Source: Ktedonobacterales bacterium
GTDB lineage: Bacteria > Chloroflexota > Ktedonobacteria > Ktedonobacterales > JADMIN01
Reading direction: 5' to 3'
Assembly: GCA_025935195.1 (NCBI GenBank)
Contig: JAICVS010000003.1
Coordinates: 124-64,123 of the forward strand
Length of the DNA: 64,000 nucleotides
Shown here: in pieces, positions 16,959 through 27,217 of the stretch
Numbering within the stretch: the first letter of the stretch is position 1
Layout of the letters: each line of letters opens with the position of its first letter
Notes under the pieces: generated by a model
Told to the model about the DNA's origin: nothing
Seen by the model: the letters and a program-made list of their open reading frames with translations, nothing else
Database searches by the model: none
Made by a program: the position numbers and the translations under genes

Positions 16959-18263
16959 TCAGGCCATCAGCAGGCCGCACGCCCAGGCGAAGGTCAGCGC
17001 GCCGCCCAGGCAGGCGGAGAAGGCCAGTATGCCCGCGCGCGCGCGCGGCGATCGCTGGCACCGCGCGGCGAGGGGGATAGCAAGCGGGAACACTACCAAC
17101 AGGTAGCGTGGCAGCGAAAACAGGGCATCGAAGTAGGGGCTTTGTGAATCACCTGGGATGGGGTGCAGCGTCAGCGAGAGGGCCAGCAGGAGCGACGCGC
17201 CCGCCCAGACCACGAACGAGGTTGGGATGCGCGCGCCCACGGCCGAGGCGCGCGGCCACAGGAGGGCGCACAGCAGCGCGAGGGCCAGCGCCAGCACGGC
17301 GAGGTCGAATCCCGACCGCAGTGCCGCCAGCGGCTGCGCGGGACGCAGTAGGATGGAGAGGTTGCGCATCACGCCGTACCAGGGCCAGTCTAGCTCGCGG
17401 CCCCAGATCGCGTACTCGGCGTGTTGCGCTGCCGCGGGTGAGCCGTAGGCATGGCTGAGCACAAGCGCGACGCCGCCGAGCGCGGAGATGGGCAGCGCGA
17501 CCGCGCCCGCCACCTGCCAGTTGCGGATGGCGGCCACTCCAGAGCGGCGGTAGGCTTCCAGGGCGAGCGGCACGAGCAGCAGGATGCCCGGCGCACGGGT
17601 GAGGGTCGCGAGCGTGACCAGCACGCCCGCGACCAACCAGCGCTGGCGGCGCATAGCGTACAGCGCGCCTGTGGCGAGCAGCAGGAAGAACGACTCGGTG
17701 TAGCCCGTGGCCAGGAAGAACGCGAGCGGCGAGAGCGCGATGACGATGACCACCCAGCGTGCCAGCGCGCGATCTCCGGTCTCCTCCGCCACCAGCCGCC
17801 TGAGCAACACGAGCGCGGCGAGCGCGCAGAGGTTGGCGATCACGAAGCCGGCCAATGCGACATTGCCGCCCACGAGGGGCGCGGCGAGACGCTCCAGCAG
17901 CGGCAGCAGTGGCCAGAAGGCGGCGCTCGCCGGCAGTGTGTACCCATGCGCGGCGATCCGGGCGTATGAGTCGGCATCCCAGGCATGCAGCCAAAACGAC
18001 GCGAAGACATGGGGCGTCACTGGGTGCGCGTAGCCCACCAGCGTCCATTGTGGCACACCAGATAGCCAGGCGAGCGCGCAGGCAACGGCCACGAGCGCGA
18101 GATGCGCGAGCCACGCGCCGGCCGCGTCATGCCATGCGGCGCTGGCGCGCGCGCGCTCCGCCCATGCCGTCGCTTGCCCTAGCCATGCACCCAGCCGCGG
18201 CGCCCTGGCTCCGGCTGTTGTCTCCCTCACCGCCACCGCTCGCCATCCTCTCAGGGAATCCAT
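16959..18263 (-). CDS. GT-C membrane mannosyltransferase (PIG-V-like)
   Basis: WDADSYARIAAHGY, AFWPLLPLL, YTESFFL, LTRAPG, SLPRY; start uncertain. Confidence 0.8.
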   Translation of the reverse strand: MDSLRGWRAVAVRETTAGARAPRLGAWLGQATAWAERARASAAWHDAAGAWLAHLALVAVACALAWLSGVPQWTLVGYAHPVTPHVFASFWLHAWDADSYARIAAHGYTLPASAAFWPLLPLLERLAAPLVGGNVALAGFVIANLCALAALVLLRRLVAEETGDRALARWVVIVIALSPLAFFLATGYTESFFLLLATGALYAMRRQRWLVAGVLVTLATLTRAPGILLLVPLALEAYRRSGVAAIRNWQVAGAVALPISALGGVALVLSHAYGSPAAAQHAEYAIWGRELDWPWYGVMRNLSILLRPAQPLAALRSGFDLAVLALALALLCALLWPRASAVGARIPTSFVVWAGASLLLALSLTLHPIPGDSQSPYFDALFSLPRYLLVVFPLAIPLAARCQRSPRARAGILAFSACLGGALTFAWACGLLMA

Positions 18264-18339
18264 GCTCTGTGGGCATCTTTCGTACATGACGGGCGCCCGC
18301 GCGAGGTGTAACGGGAATGCGCCCGCATGCCGGCGTGCG

Positions 18340-19032
18340 TCAGGCGCCGCGCCATCCATCTTCCAGCGCCAGCAGCCCACGCAAATCCGCGAAGGCCTGG
18401 TCCGCGCCACAGGCACGCAGCTCGTCCAGTGAATGCACCGGCCCCGTCGCCACTCCCACCGTCCGCATGCCGGCCGCGACGCCGCAGGCGACGTCCGCGG
18501 GGGTGTCGCCGACGATGTAGACACGCGCTGGGGGGAAGTCGCGGCCGAAGACGGCGCGCGCCCGCCCCAGCGCCAGCGGCGGCAGCGCCTCGCGCGCCTC
18601 CGCCTCGTCGCCGAAGGCGCCGCAGCCAAAGTAGCCATCCAGGCCCGCCGCGCGCAGCTTGGTCCAGGCGATACGCTCGACGTTGCCCGTCACCAGCCCC
18701 AACGCCGCGCCGCGCTCGCGCAGCCAGGTGAGCGCTTCGACCGCGTGGGGCGTGTGATAGGGGCGCAGATCATCCGGGACGTGCCGCTCGTAGGCGGCGG
18801 CGGCGGCGGCGAAGAAGGCCGGCAGCCCGGCCTCGGCGTCCGTGTCGAGTACACCCGCCGCGCGCAGCACGCGCCGCGCGATGGCTGTGTCGGTCATGCC
18901 GGCTGTCTGCCCCAGCGCGTCCGCTGAGAGGCGCACGCCGTACACCGCCTCCGCCGCGTCGCAGATCGCCTGCCGATGGGCGGGCGGCATGCGTCGCAGC
19001 AGGGTTCCATCAATATCGAACAAGAACAGCAT
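18340..19032 (-). CDS. HAD-family hydrolase
   Basis: FDIDGTL motif I, LVTGN, KL, VGDTPAD motif IV. Confidence 0.92.
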   Translation of the reverse strand: MLFLFDIDGTLLRRMPPAHRQAICDAAEAVYGVRLSADALGQTAGMTDTAIARRVLRAAGVLDTDAEAGLPAFFAAAAAAYERHVPDDLRPYHTPHAVEALTWLRERGAALGLVTGNVERIAWTKLRAAGLDGYFGCGAFGDEAEAREALPPLALGRARAVFGRDFPPARVYIVGDTPADVACGVAAGMRTVGVATGPVHSLDELRACGADQAFADLRGLLALEDGWRGA

Positions 19033-19074
19033 CGGCGCCCTTCCCAGTCCTCTTCATCCGCCACGGAAACGGCT

Positions 19075-19102
19075 CCCCGGCATTCATGCCGGGGGTAATC
19101 CC
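19075..19102. repeat. REP-like palindrome family A (loop inverted)
   Basis: CCCCGGCATTCATGCCGGGGGTAATCCC. Confidence 0.85.
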
Positions 19103-19337
19103 TGGCTTGGCGCGGGTTGGATAGCTCAAGAGCGCGGATGACATCGGTATTCAGCCTCCGTGTTCCCTCCCTCCGCCCGCGTGTCCTCTGGGGTAGTTCT
19201 CGTCGTCGTTCTCGTTATCGGGCGGCTTGCCGTTTGCATGGGGACGGCGGCGCGATTATGATACCATTCTGGGGACACGTCCGATACCACCCGAAAATCC
19301 CATTTGGCTGGTCGCGGAGCGGAGAGGAGAGACAGGC

Positions 19338-20120
19338 ATGCAGTTGAGCTTTGACCTGGGAGATCCTCGCCAGCCACGCGGTCACGCGATCGTGTACGCG
19401 CGCACTGGCGGCGTGGGCGGCGGCATCGTCGCGACCTACGTCGTCGTGCTGCCCATCCAGTTCTCCATCGGCAAGTACCTGCCGCCCATCCTCTCCGGCC
19501 AGGTGCCACTCGAAGGGCTGGCTGATCCGGCGGCGATGAGCGTGGTGCCGATCCCGCCGATGCTGGAAGACATCCCGGCACTGAGCGCGCTGCGCCAGCT
19601 TGCCGAGCGGCGCGGCGACGACCTCTGCGACCTGGGCACGATCTTTTTGAGCGACGACGGGCAGCGCATGGCCTACGCCGCCGAGGCTTGCCAGGCGTAC
19701 GGCCAGGTGTACGGCGAGTTTCGCCAGCGCTGGCCGGCGGTAGAGGTCGAGGAGGAGCGCGGCGCGACGCCGCTCGACGATCTGAATGTCGAGGATGTGA
19801 TGGCCGAGGTGCTGCCGGAGCGCGACCGCCTGGGCGAGCTGGCCCGGCTGATCGGCCAGGCGCGCTACGCCGTGGACGGCAACGATGCGCGCCTGCTCGG
19901 CGATGTGACAGCCTCGATGGGCCGCATCACCAAGACGCTTCCGGAGAAGTACCGCGCCGATCAGCTCGTGCGCGCCGCCGTGCGGCCGGACGCGGCTGGC
20001 GCGCGGCTGGCCGAGCTGTATTTGCAGCGCGCCTACAAGCTGCTCGAAGAAGACTACGCCGCCATCCCGCCCATCGAGCGCGAGATACAGGCCGCCAGAG
20101 AATCCCTGGGTGGCGAGTGA
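19338..20120 (+). CDS. Hypothetical protein with C-terminal helical, UVR-like tail
   Basis: GAGGAG RBS, host-like codon usage; GHAIVY...ATYVVVLPI...KYLPP; ends LEEDYAAIPPIEREIQ. Confidence 0.75.
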   Translation: MQLSFDLGDPRQPRGHAIVYARTGGVGGGIVATYVVVLPIQFSIGKYLPPILSGQVPLEGLADPAAMSVVPIPPMLEDIPALSALRQLAERRGDDLCDLGTIFLSDDGQRMAYAAEACQAYGQVYGEFRQRWPAVEVEEERGATPLDDLNVEDVMAEVLPERDRLGELARLIGQARYAVDGNDARLLGDVTASMGRITKTLPEKYRADQLVRAAVRPDAAGARLAELYLQRAYKLLEEDYAAIPPIEREIQAARESLGGE

Positions 20121-20151
20121 CCGCCCATCGTTGAAGGAGCGAACGGCCGCT

Positions 20152-21621
20152 ATGCCGATGATCGTCCACGCCGATATCACGACGCTGCTGGAAGCCCTCA
20201 GCGCCAGCGACGAAGACGGCGCCATCCACGCTACGCTGCGCCTGCTGGGGCCGGAGAACGCGCCGCCCGCCAAGATCGCCGCCCGCGTCGGCATCCCCGC
20301 CGCCTGGGCTGGTGGCGACGGCCATCCGCTGGCCGTGCTCTCCGTCTCTGGGCGGATCGCCGAGTGGATGCGCTCCATCCCCATCGGTCCGGAGCCGGGC
20401 GCGGAGACGCGCCGCCAGCTCGCGCCGGCGCTGCCGCTCATCCAGAGCTTCCGTGCCGTCGCCGCTCAGGTGGCGAAGGGCCTGCCGGAGCCGCATCCCA
20501 CGCTGCCCGGCGGCATCTCGCCCGCTGACCTCAAGCATGCCGAGGGCGCGTTCGGCGCGCTGCGCGACGCCGTGGCCGCGCGCGATCTCGACCGCGTGCG
20601 CGCTATCTTGATGGGCTTCTACATGACCGGCACGGATTATCGCGCCATGCTGACGGCAATCTACGGCGCGTTGGCGCTGCGCTATCCTGAGGGCGGCCAC
20701 CCACTCTATTTCGCCATGGCCGGCAGCCGTGTGCTGGAGATGGCTGATTGGGGTGATCGTGTTCCCGCCTATATCTACTGGGTCTCATCTCTGATCGTGG
20801 ACAACACGCCCGATGCTCCGGCCGCCGAGACCGCGCACGCATACGCCTCCGCAGCCGCGCACGATCTGGGCTGGCTGCGCACGCGCCTCGCGATCCCGAA
20901 GAACGAGGCGGCGGGCGAGAGCTTCCGCCATGCCGTCGCATCCGGCAGCGCGACGGAGGCGTGCGACGCGACGCTGGCGGCGCTGCGCGGCGGGGCGACG
21001 CCGATGGGTCTGGCCGCGGCGCTCGCGCTCACGGCGGCGGAACAGCTCAACGCGGTGCCGCGGGGCGATGCGGATGGCCTGCCGCGTGCGGGCCACGCGC
21101 TGCTCTACGCCCACGCCGTCCACGTCGCCACGCTGCAGACGCAGAACAAGGAGATCTGGCCGCTGCTCTACACCGCCGCGTGCGCGGTCAACGCGGTGCG
21201 CCCGGCGGGCGGTGCTGGCGGGGTCGAGGCGGGGGCGCGCGCCGTGCCGTCTTCGCCGATCGGTGGGCTGATCGCGGCCAGCATGCTGCGTACGCTGGAG
21301 CAGCAGGTCGCGGCAGGAGACAGCGCGACGGCGCTCGCCATCGCTCATCGCTACTTACAGATGGGCCATGAGCCGCGCGCGCTGGCCGGTGTGATCGGCA
21401 GTGTCGCCGCCACGCGCGACATCGATCCGAGCGATGTGCGCTCGCTGCATATCCTGCCGATGGTGGCCGCCGCCGCCGAGGAGTATCTGACGCTGCCGCC
21501 CGCGCTGGCCGCCGGCGGCCAGAACGCGCTGCTGACGGCGGCGATCCGTCTCGCCAGCGAGCTGGGCGGCGGGCATGCGCTCGCGGATCGTGTGCGCGCG
21601 GCGATCAACGCTGAGGTGTAG
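20152..21621 (+). CDS. Hypothetical alpha-helical protein with repeated GH motifs
   Basis: AAGGAG RBS; GDGHPL, EGGHPL, RAGHAL, SLHIL spaced about 100-140 aa apart. Confidence 0.75.
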   Translation: MPMIVHADITTLLEALSASDEDGAIHATLRLLGPENAPPAKIAARVGIPAAWAGGDGHPLAVLSVSGRIAEWMRSIPIGPEPGAETRRQLAPALPLIQSFRAVAAQVAKGLPEPHPTLPGGISPADLKHAEGAFGALRDAVAARDLDRVRAILMGFYMTGTDYRAMLTAIYGALALRYPEGGHPLYFAMAGSRVLEMADWGDRVPAYIYWVSSLIVDNTPDAPAAETAHAYASAAAHDLGWLRTRLAIPKNEAAGESFRHAVASGSATEACDATLAALRGGATPMGLAAALALTAAEQLNAVPRGDADGLPRAGHALLYAHAVHVATLQTQNKEIWPLLYTAACAVNAVRPAGGAGGVEAGARAVPSSPIGGLIAASMLRTLEQQVAAGDSATALAIAHRYLQMGHEPRALAGVIGSVAATRDIDPSDVRSLHILPMVAAAAEEYLTLPPALAAGGQNALLTAAIRLASELGGGHALADRVRAAINAEV

Positions 21622-21625
21622 CACA

Positions 21626-21668
21626 GAGTCCTCACCCCGACCCCCTCTCCTTGCGAGGCGAGGGGGCT
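21626..21668 (+). repeat. Dispersed repeat family B (BoxC-like GAGTCCTCACCCC...CCCTCTCC...GAGGGGG)
   Basis: Similar to 31888-31928 and 50405-50450; each copy follows a + strand stop codon within a few nt. Confidence 0.75.
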
Positions 21669-22707
21669 ATGTCGCGACCGCGCCGGATGGGCGCAGGCGG
21701 GCGAGCTGCTCGAACAGATCATGCTCTTGTGGCGTGAGGCGGCTGGGCAGGACAACCTGGACACGGGCGAAGAGGTTGCCGGCGCCGTCGCCTTTCAGAT
21801 GGGGCATGCCCTTGCCGGTGAGGCGGAAGGTCTGGCCGTTCTGCGTCTCCGGTGGGATGGTGAGCAGAAGGCGTTTGCCATCGGGCGTGGGAACGGGGGC
21901 CTCGCCGCCGAGGACGGCCATGGTGAGGGGAACGGGGATGTCCACGGTGAGGTCGTCGCCTTTGCGCTCGTACTGTGGATCGGGCCGAACGGTGACGACG
22001 AGATAGAGATCGCCACGCGGGCCGGCGCCGGCGCCCGGATTGCCCTCGCCGGCGACGCGCACGCGCGCGCCGGTATCCACACCGGCGGGGATGCGCACTT
22101 CGAGGCGCCGCGACTTGTTGATCGTGCCGGAGCCGCCGCAGGTGGGGCAGGGGCGCACGCCGATTTTGCCCACGCCGCCGCAGGTGGGGCAGGTCTCCGG
22201 CGCTTCGACGTTATAGACGCGCGAGGCGCCGGTGTAGGCCTCTCTGAAGCCGATCTCGACGGGCTGCTCGATGTCGCTGCCAGGGCGTGAGGTGAAATCG
22301 CGGACGGTGCCCCGGCCGCTGGGGCGGCTAGCCGTGCCGGTGGCCGTGCCGCGACGGCCAAAGAGCGTCTCGAAGAAGTCGGAGAAGCCGGTGGGATCCT
22401 CGATGTCGAAGGGGATGTTGGAGCTGCTGCCGGAGGGCGATGGGCGCGTGCGGGCACGTGCGGGCGCGCTCGGCCCGAACTGCTCCTGCCAGTTGGGGCC
22501 GAGCGTATCATACTTGCGGCGCTTGTCGGGATCGGAGAGGACTTCGTAGGCCTCGTTGATCTCCTTGAAGCGGGCCTCAGCGGCCTTGTCACCCGGATTG
22601 ACGTCCGGGTGGTACTTGCGCGCGAGGCGGCGGTACGCCTTCTTGATGTCGTCAGCGGATGCCCGCTTCTCGACGCCGAGAATCTTGTAGTAGTCTTTGT
22701 AATCCAT
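21667..22707 (-). CDS. dnaJ: DnaJ-family co-chaperone (J domain, single Zn finger, C-terminal domain)
   Basis: [11 protein letters not shown] motif, [18 protein letters not shown] and [18 protein letters not shown]. Confidence 0.93.
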   Translation of the reverse strand: MDYKDYYKILGVEKRASADDIKKAYRRLARKYHPDVNPGDKAAEARFKEINEAYEVLSDPDKRRKYDTLGPNWQEQFGPSAPARARTRPSPSGSSSNIPFDIEDPTGFSDFFETLFGRRGTATGTASRPSGRGTVRDFTSRPGSDIEQPVEIGFREAYTGASRVYNVEAPETCPTCGGVGKIGVRPCPTCGGSGTINKSRRLEVRIPAGVDTGARVRVAGEGNPGAGAGPRGDLYLVVTVRPDPQYERKGDDLTVDIPVPLTMAVLGGEAPVPTPDGKRLLLTIPPETQNGQTFRLTGKGMPHLKGDGAGNLFARVQVVLPSRLTPQEHDLFEQLARLRPSGAVAT

Positions 22708-22764
22708 CGGCCCTCATACCGGCTCAGAGGCGGATGTGTCTGGGGTTGCCGGAGGCGTCGAGGC

Positions 22765-23334
22765 TCAGGCAGGCGAGCCGGAGCTGACGCGGACACGCGC
22801 GGGGCGTAGGAGGTCAGCGCCGAGCAGGTAGCCCTTGCGGACCTCGCCGACGACGGTGTTCTCGGGTTGCTCTGAGGCGATGGTCTCGACAGCCTCGTGC
22901 AGGCGTGGGTCGAATTGCTCGCCGACCGTGGCGACGGGGGTGAGGCCCTCGGTCTTGAGCAGCTCGTTGAGCTGCCACCGTACCATGCGCAAGCCCTGCT
23001 GGAGGCTCTCGCGGTCCATGGAGTCTTCGTAGCTCATGGCGCGGTCGAGATTATCCATGACGTCGAGGACTTTCTCGAGGAGGTCGCGGCGGTTGCGCTC
23101 GACACGCTCGGCGGCGAAGCGTTCCTGGCGCTTGCGGAAATTCTCCATCTCGGCGCGCTCGCGCAGCCACTTGTCCTTGAACTGCGCGGCCTCGTCGCGG
23201 GCGGCTTGAAGCTGCGCCTGGAGGTCGCCGTCACTGACGACCTGGGGCGCTTCGCCGCCGGACGTGGGGGTGTCCGCTGGTTCCCGCTCCTGGGTGGTCT
23301 GTCGCTCCCGCACGTCGTCTGTGGATTCTGCCAT
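22765..23334 (-). CDS. grpE: Nucleotide exchange factor GrpE
   Basis: RAEMENFRKR, VMDNLDRA, FDPRLHEAV, KGYLLGADLLRPARVRVS. Confidence 0.95.
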   Translation of the reverse strand: MAESTDDVRERQTTQEREPADTPTSGGEAPQVVSDGDLQAQLQAARDEAAQFKDKWLRERAEMENFRKRQERFAAERVERNRRDLLEKVLDVMDNLDRAMSYEDSMDRESLQQGLRMVRWQLNELLKTEGLTPVATVGEQFDPRLHEAVETIASEQPENTVVGEVRKGYLLGADLLRPARVRVSSGSPA

Positions 23335-23461
23335 CGTATGCTCCTACCGCCTGCTGAAGAGAGACGTTGTTATCACCGTGGACGGTCGAGGCGGGCGGGG
23401 AGCCTCCTGGCTCGGCTCGCCCACCTCGCGACCGTGCTTGTCGCTCTATCTTCCGTCTCGC

Positions 23462-23491
23462 AGTATAGCCCCGCACCGGAAGAGGTGTCAA
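23462..23491 (-). promoter_or_regulatory. Sigma70-type promoter for grpE-dnaJ
   Basis: TTGACA-18 bp-TATACT. Confidence 0.6.
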
Positions 23492-23749
23492 AAAAGCGGG
23501 AGGCCCGATACATGGCGAGCGATGAGCGGTCCGGCATGCGTTGTGCGTAGTGGGCCGGTGCCGGTGTGGTGGAGGGAGACGGATGAGGCGCACCGGCGGC
23601 GGGCGGCACGGTGACGACACAACGGCGGCGGGACTAGGACTTTGCTGATCCAGCGATGCTAAACTCTGCCGTGCTCGTTGTAGAGGGTAGAGACCGCGAG
23701 CAGGCGTCCATGGAGGCGCCGCTATACTAGGATCGCTGGTGGAGAGGGA

Positions 23750-24217
23750 GTGGGGATCGTGCGAGAATCAGGAAGCTATCCGAGTCCGCTCGCGGAGCGG
23801 CAAGGAGTGACGCTGCCCGCGGAGATGGCGGCGGCGAGGACGGCGGGGCGGCGACCGGCGCTGAAACGGGCGCGGCGGGCGAGCCTGGCGCTGGCGTTGA
23901 GCCGACTGGAGCGAGAGCACGTGGCGCTATTGCTGGCGATCTGCGAGCTGGAGGCGCCAGCGGGCGGCGCGGATGTGAGTGCGGATGCGGATGGGAATGC
24001 GCGGGCGCTGCGGGCGGCGCTGCTGCCGATGCTGCGCGAGGATCTGCGGCAGACGCAGCACGCGCTGGCGCGGGCGGCGCGCGGGCAGTACGGCGTGTGC
24101 GAGGTGTGCCACAAGGCCATCGCGGGGCGCACGCTGGAGCTGCGGCCGGCGGCGACGCGCTGTGGGGTGTGCGAGGGGCGAGCCGGGCGGCGCGCGGCGG
24201 TGCGCGTGCGCGACTGA
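23750..24217 (+). CDS. TraR/DksA C4-type zinc finger protein
   Basis: ALARAARGQYGVCEVCHKAI...LELRPAATRCGVC. Confidence 0.8.
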   Translation: MGIVRESGSYPSPLAERQGVTLPAEMAAARTAGRRPALKRARRASLALALSRLEREHVALLLAICELEAPAGGADVSADADGNARALRAALLPMLREDLRQTQHALARAARGQYGVCEVCHKAIAGRTLELRPAATRCGVCEGRAGRRAAVRVRD

Positions 24218-24237
24218 GCCATTGCGCGGCGAGCTGG

Positions 24238-25548
24238 CTAGCGCGCGGGCTTGACCGCCGGCTGAACAGGTTCCCGCTCAGCCACGGTCGCGGCGCGTGT
24301 GGGCAGGCGCAGGCGGGAGAGGCCGTAGGCGGCGGCGAGGCCGATGAGGAGGATCGGCGCCCATAGCAGGGCGGGCTGGCGGCTGGCCGTTGCGAGGTCG
24401 AAGAGCAAGCCGCCGAGGAATTGGCCGAGGCCCGCGCCGATGGCGACGGCCAGCGCGCCGAAGCCGAAGTAGGCGCCGAGCATGTGCGCCGGGGCGAGGT
24501 CGGCGGTGACGGCGTTGACCGTCGGCCAGACGAGCATGCGCGCGAGGGCGAAGACGGCGATGCCAAGCACGAAGACCGTGACGCTGGGTGTGACGAAGAC
24601 CAGCGCCATGCCGGCGCCACTGAGCGCGACACTGGCCGCCAGCACCACGCGCGGCGTGTAGCGCTCGCCTACATAGCGGGCGAGCGGGTATTGAATGAGG
24701 ATCGCCGGCGCGGCGTTGATGGCGAAGGCGAGGCCGGCGAGTGTGGCGCCGAAGGATGGGCCGCCGATGCGCAGCGCGGCCAGCGGCACAGCGATGTTGA
24801 GCTGCGCCCAGAGGAACCAGAAGCCCGCCAGCAGCAGCGTGAGCAGCACGAAGGCGCGGTCGCGCCGCAATGTATGGAGCGTTGCCATCACACTGCTCAC
24901 ATTGCTCGCGCCGGCTGGATCGGTCGCGCGCTCGCGATCCGAAGCGGCGACGCCACCCTTGAGCAGGGTGTCGGGGAGGAACGCGAAGGAGAGCGCGCCG
25001 ACGAGCACAAAGCAGCCGGCGGCAGCCAGGCTAACGACGACGAAGTTGATGCCGAGCAGCGCGACACCTAGCAGTGGGCCGATGGTCTGGCCGGCGTTGC
25101 CCATGGTGGCGGAGGCGGCGAACATGCGCTGGCGGCGCTCCGGCGCGACGAGATCGGCCAGCGCGGCGGTGCCGGAGGCATCGAAGAACGCGCCGCCGAC
25201 GCCGGAGACAATCGCCCACAGGATCAGCATGGGTAGGGTGGTCGAGACACCGATGCCGACGAAGCCGGCAGCGCGGACAAAGCAGCCAATGACGATGGCG
25301 GTGCGCGCGCCGAAGCGGTCCGCGAAGACGCCGCCCGCGAGGTCGAGGCCCTGCTGAGCGAGCTGGCGCAGGGCGAGCACCAGGCCAATGGCGGCGGCCG
25401 TAAAGCCCAGGCCGTGAGAGAAGTGGATGGCGATCAGCGGCACGAACATCGAGAAGCCGAAGTTCATCAGGCAGGTGTTGGTCAGCAGCGTCACGACACC
25501 AACCTGGGATGTGGTCGCGGTATGCGTCAGCTTCGAGGTGATCTGCAT
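24238..25548 (-). CDS. MFS transporter (MdtH-like)
   Basis: About 12 TM segments; QQGLDLAGGVFADRFGAR motif A; GAYFGF. Confidence 0.88.
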   Translation of the reverse strand: MQITSKLTHTATTSQVGVVTLLTNTCLMNFGFSMFVPLIAIHFSHGLGFTAAAIGLVLALRQLAQQGLDLAGGVFADRFGARTAIVIGCFVRAAGFVGIGVSTTLPMLILWAIVSGVGGAFFDASGTAALADLVAPERRQRMFAASATMGNAGQTIGPLLGVALLGINFVVVSLAAAGCFVLVGALSFAFLPDTLLKGGVAASDRERATDPAGASNVSSVMATLHTLRRDRAFVLLTLLLAGFWFLWAQLNIAVPLAALRIGGPSFGATLAGLAFAINAAPAILIQYPLARYVGERYTPRVVLAASVALSGAGMALVFVTPSVTVFVLGIAVFALARMLVWPTVNAVTADLAPAHMLGAYFGFGALAVAIGAGLGQFLGGLLFDLATASRQPALLWAPILLIGLAAAYGLSRLRLPTRAATVAEREPVQPAVKPAR

Positions 25549-25941
25549 GGAGAACGGTACCAGTGGGTTGTAACGGGACGGACAAGCGGGCGCTTGAATG
25601 CGCGCGTAAACAAGATTATAACAGCGCATGGAAGGCGGGCATGACCCGCTGAGGCAGAGACGCTGACCACGGTGCGGGCGATCATGTTGACGAGTTCTTA
25701 AGTGGGCAGCTTCATTGCGCTGAAGGAGCGGCAGCCCAGCGAGCGTGCTACGCTCTAGGTATCGGCCACCATGCGAGGCAGGACGCGGGCAGTTGAGATA
25801 GCCCATTCGGCACGGGCGCGCAGTACCCATGCGTTGTACCGCTTTAGAATGGATACGCGCGCATTGCCGGCGGCGACGCGCGATTGCTTTGCCGCGCCCC
25901 GAGGCCAGCGCCGTCGGTCAGTGGTGGATTGAGAGGCGGGA

Positions 25942-27126
25942 ATGCTGGAGACGCCGACTATCGCGACACCAGCGCCGTCCGATGCAACACATCGTGCCGC
26001 GCGCTGGCGCATCGGACGGATGCGCGAGTGGTCGCGCCCGCGGCTGGCATCTACGCTGGTGGCGGTGCTGCTGCTCGCCCTGCCGAACCTGCTAGTGCAG
26101 ATGCATCGGGCGTATTTCGATGGACTGAGCGACAATTCATGGGCCATGCAGCGTGTCGCGGCGTGCGAGAGCCTGGGCCGTCCGGCCGACGTGCTCTATC
26201 TCGGCTCGTCGCGCACGGCCTTCGGGGCGGCGCCGGCAACGGGAGACGCGATCCTGCGCGAACAGTTCGGCGTTCACACGCTCGGATGCAACGCCGGCAT
26301 CTTCGGTTCCACCATCGAGGACGACTATTATGCGCTGAAGCGGCTGATCAGCGATGGGTACGTGCCGAAGCTGGTCGTGGAGACCTTGTGGGAATGGAAC
26401 CTGAACATCAACGCGCCAGTGCGCGCTGACGCGGACTCCGGCAATCTCGTGGAGGCCGAGCGCCTCGCCACGCTCGGTGATACGGCGGCGCTGCGCGATC
26501 ACTTCGGCGCCGGCCCGCGCGGCCTTGCCGGCACGGCACAATTCGCCGCCAAACGCCTGATCCCGCTGTACGGCGACGCGATCGGCGTCTATCGGACGGT
26601 CTGCGGCAGCTCGCGGATTGGCCCCTGTGCTGATGGAATACCGCTCGGCGTGAGTGCGGGCGAGCAGCAGTTGTACGAAAACGCCGATCGGCAAGGCTGG
26701 GTATCGGGCGGGAGCGGTTCATTGGCGGGATTGTCGCCCGCCGCACAGAAGAGGGTCGGAGATCGCGTCACGCAGCTCGAGCTGCCGGACTATCACCAGT
26801 TCGTGATCGGCGGCAAGGAGCCGGCCTATCTGGCGAACCTGATCGCGCTGGCCCAGGCGCATCATGCGCGTGTCGTTCTCGTCGCGCCGCCGCTGCATCC
26901 CATCTTCCGCACCAACGCCTTCGATGCACCGGACGTGCTGCCGCATATCAGCGCGTACTGGGCAACATTCGCCCGGCAGCACGGCGCGCGCTACGTTGAC
27001 CTGTATGCGTCAGCGGACTTCACAGACGGGGATTTCCGCGATCCGTCGCATCTGAACGCCGCCGGGGCAGAGCGTCTCACCAGTTGGTTGGCCCTGCACG
27101 TACTCGGCCCAATGCTCGCAGCGTGA
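25942..27126 (+). CDS. Membrane-anchored SGNH/DltD-like protein
   Basis: N-terminal TM; YLGSSRT block I; FRDPSHLN (DxxH); directly upstream of an MBOAT gene. Confidence 0.75.
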   Translation: MLETPTIATPAPSDATHRAARWRIGRMREWSRPRLASTLVAVLLLALPNLLVQMHRAYFDGLSDNSWAMQRVAACESLGRPADVLYLGSSRTAFGAAPATGDAILREQFGVHTLGCNAGIFGSTIEDDYYALKRLISDGYVPKLVVETLWEWNLNINAPVRADADSGNLVEAERLATLGDTAALRDHFGAGPRGLAGTAQFAAKRLIPLYGDAIGVYRTVCGSSRIGPCADGIPLGVSAGEQQLYENADRQGWVSGGSGSLAGLSPAAQKRVGDRVTQLELPDYHQFVIGGKEPAYLANLIALAQAHHARVVLVAPPLHPIFRTNAFDAPDVLPHISAYWATFARQHGARYVDLYASADFTDGDFRDPSHLNAAGAERLTSWLALHVLGPMLAA

Positions 27127-27217
27127 CCAGCAGGCGCGGCTGATCCGGAATCGCCGGCAACACTCTAAACGGTTGATGGGAACGACGCGAGCGCACGGCA
27201 GAGGCAGGGGATAGCGG

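Noticed and set aside
23340-23500. CIRCE or HAIR heat-shock operator upstream of grpE
   Set aside because: Neither TTAGCACTC-N9-GAGTGCTAA nor CTTGAGT-N7-ACTCAAG was found by eye
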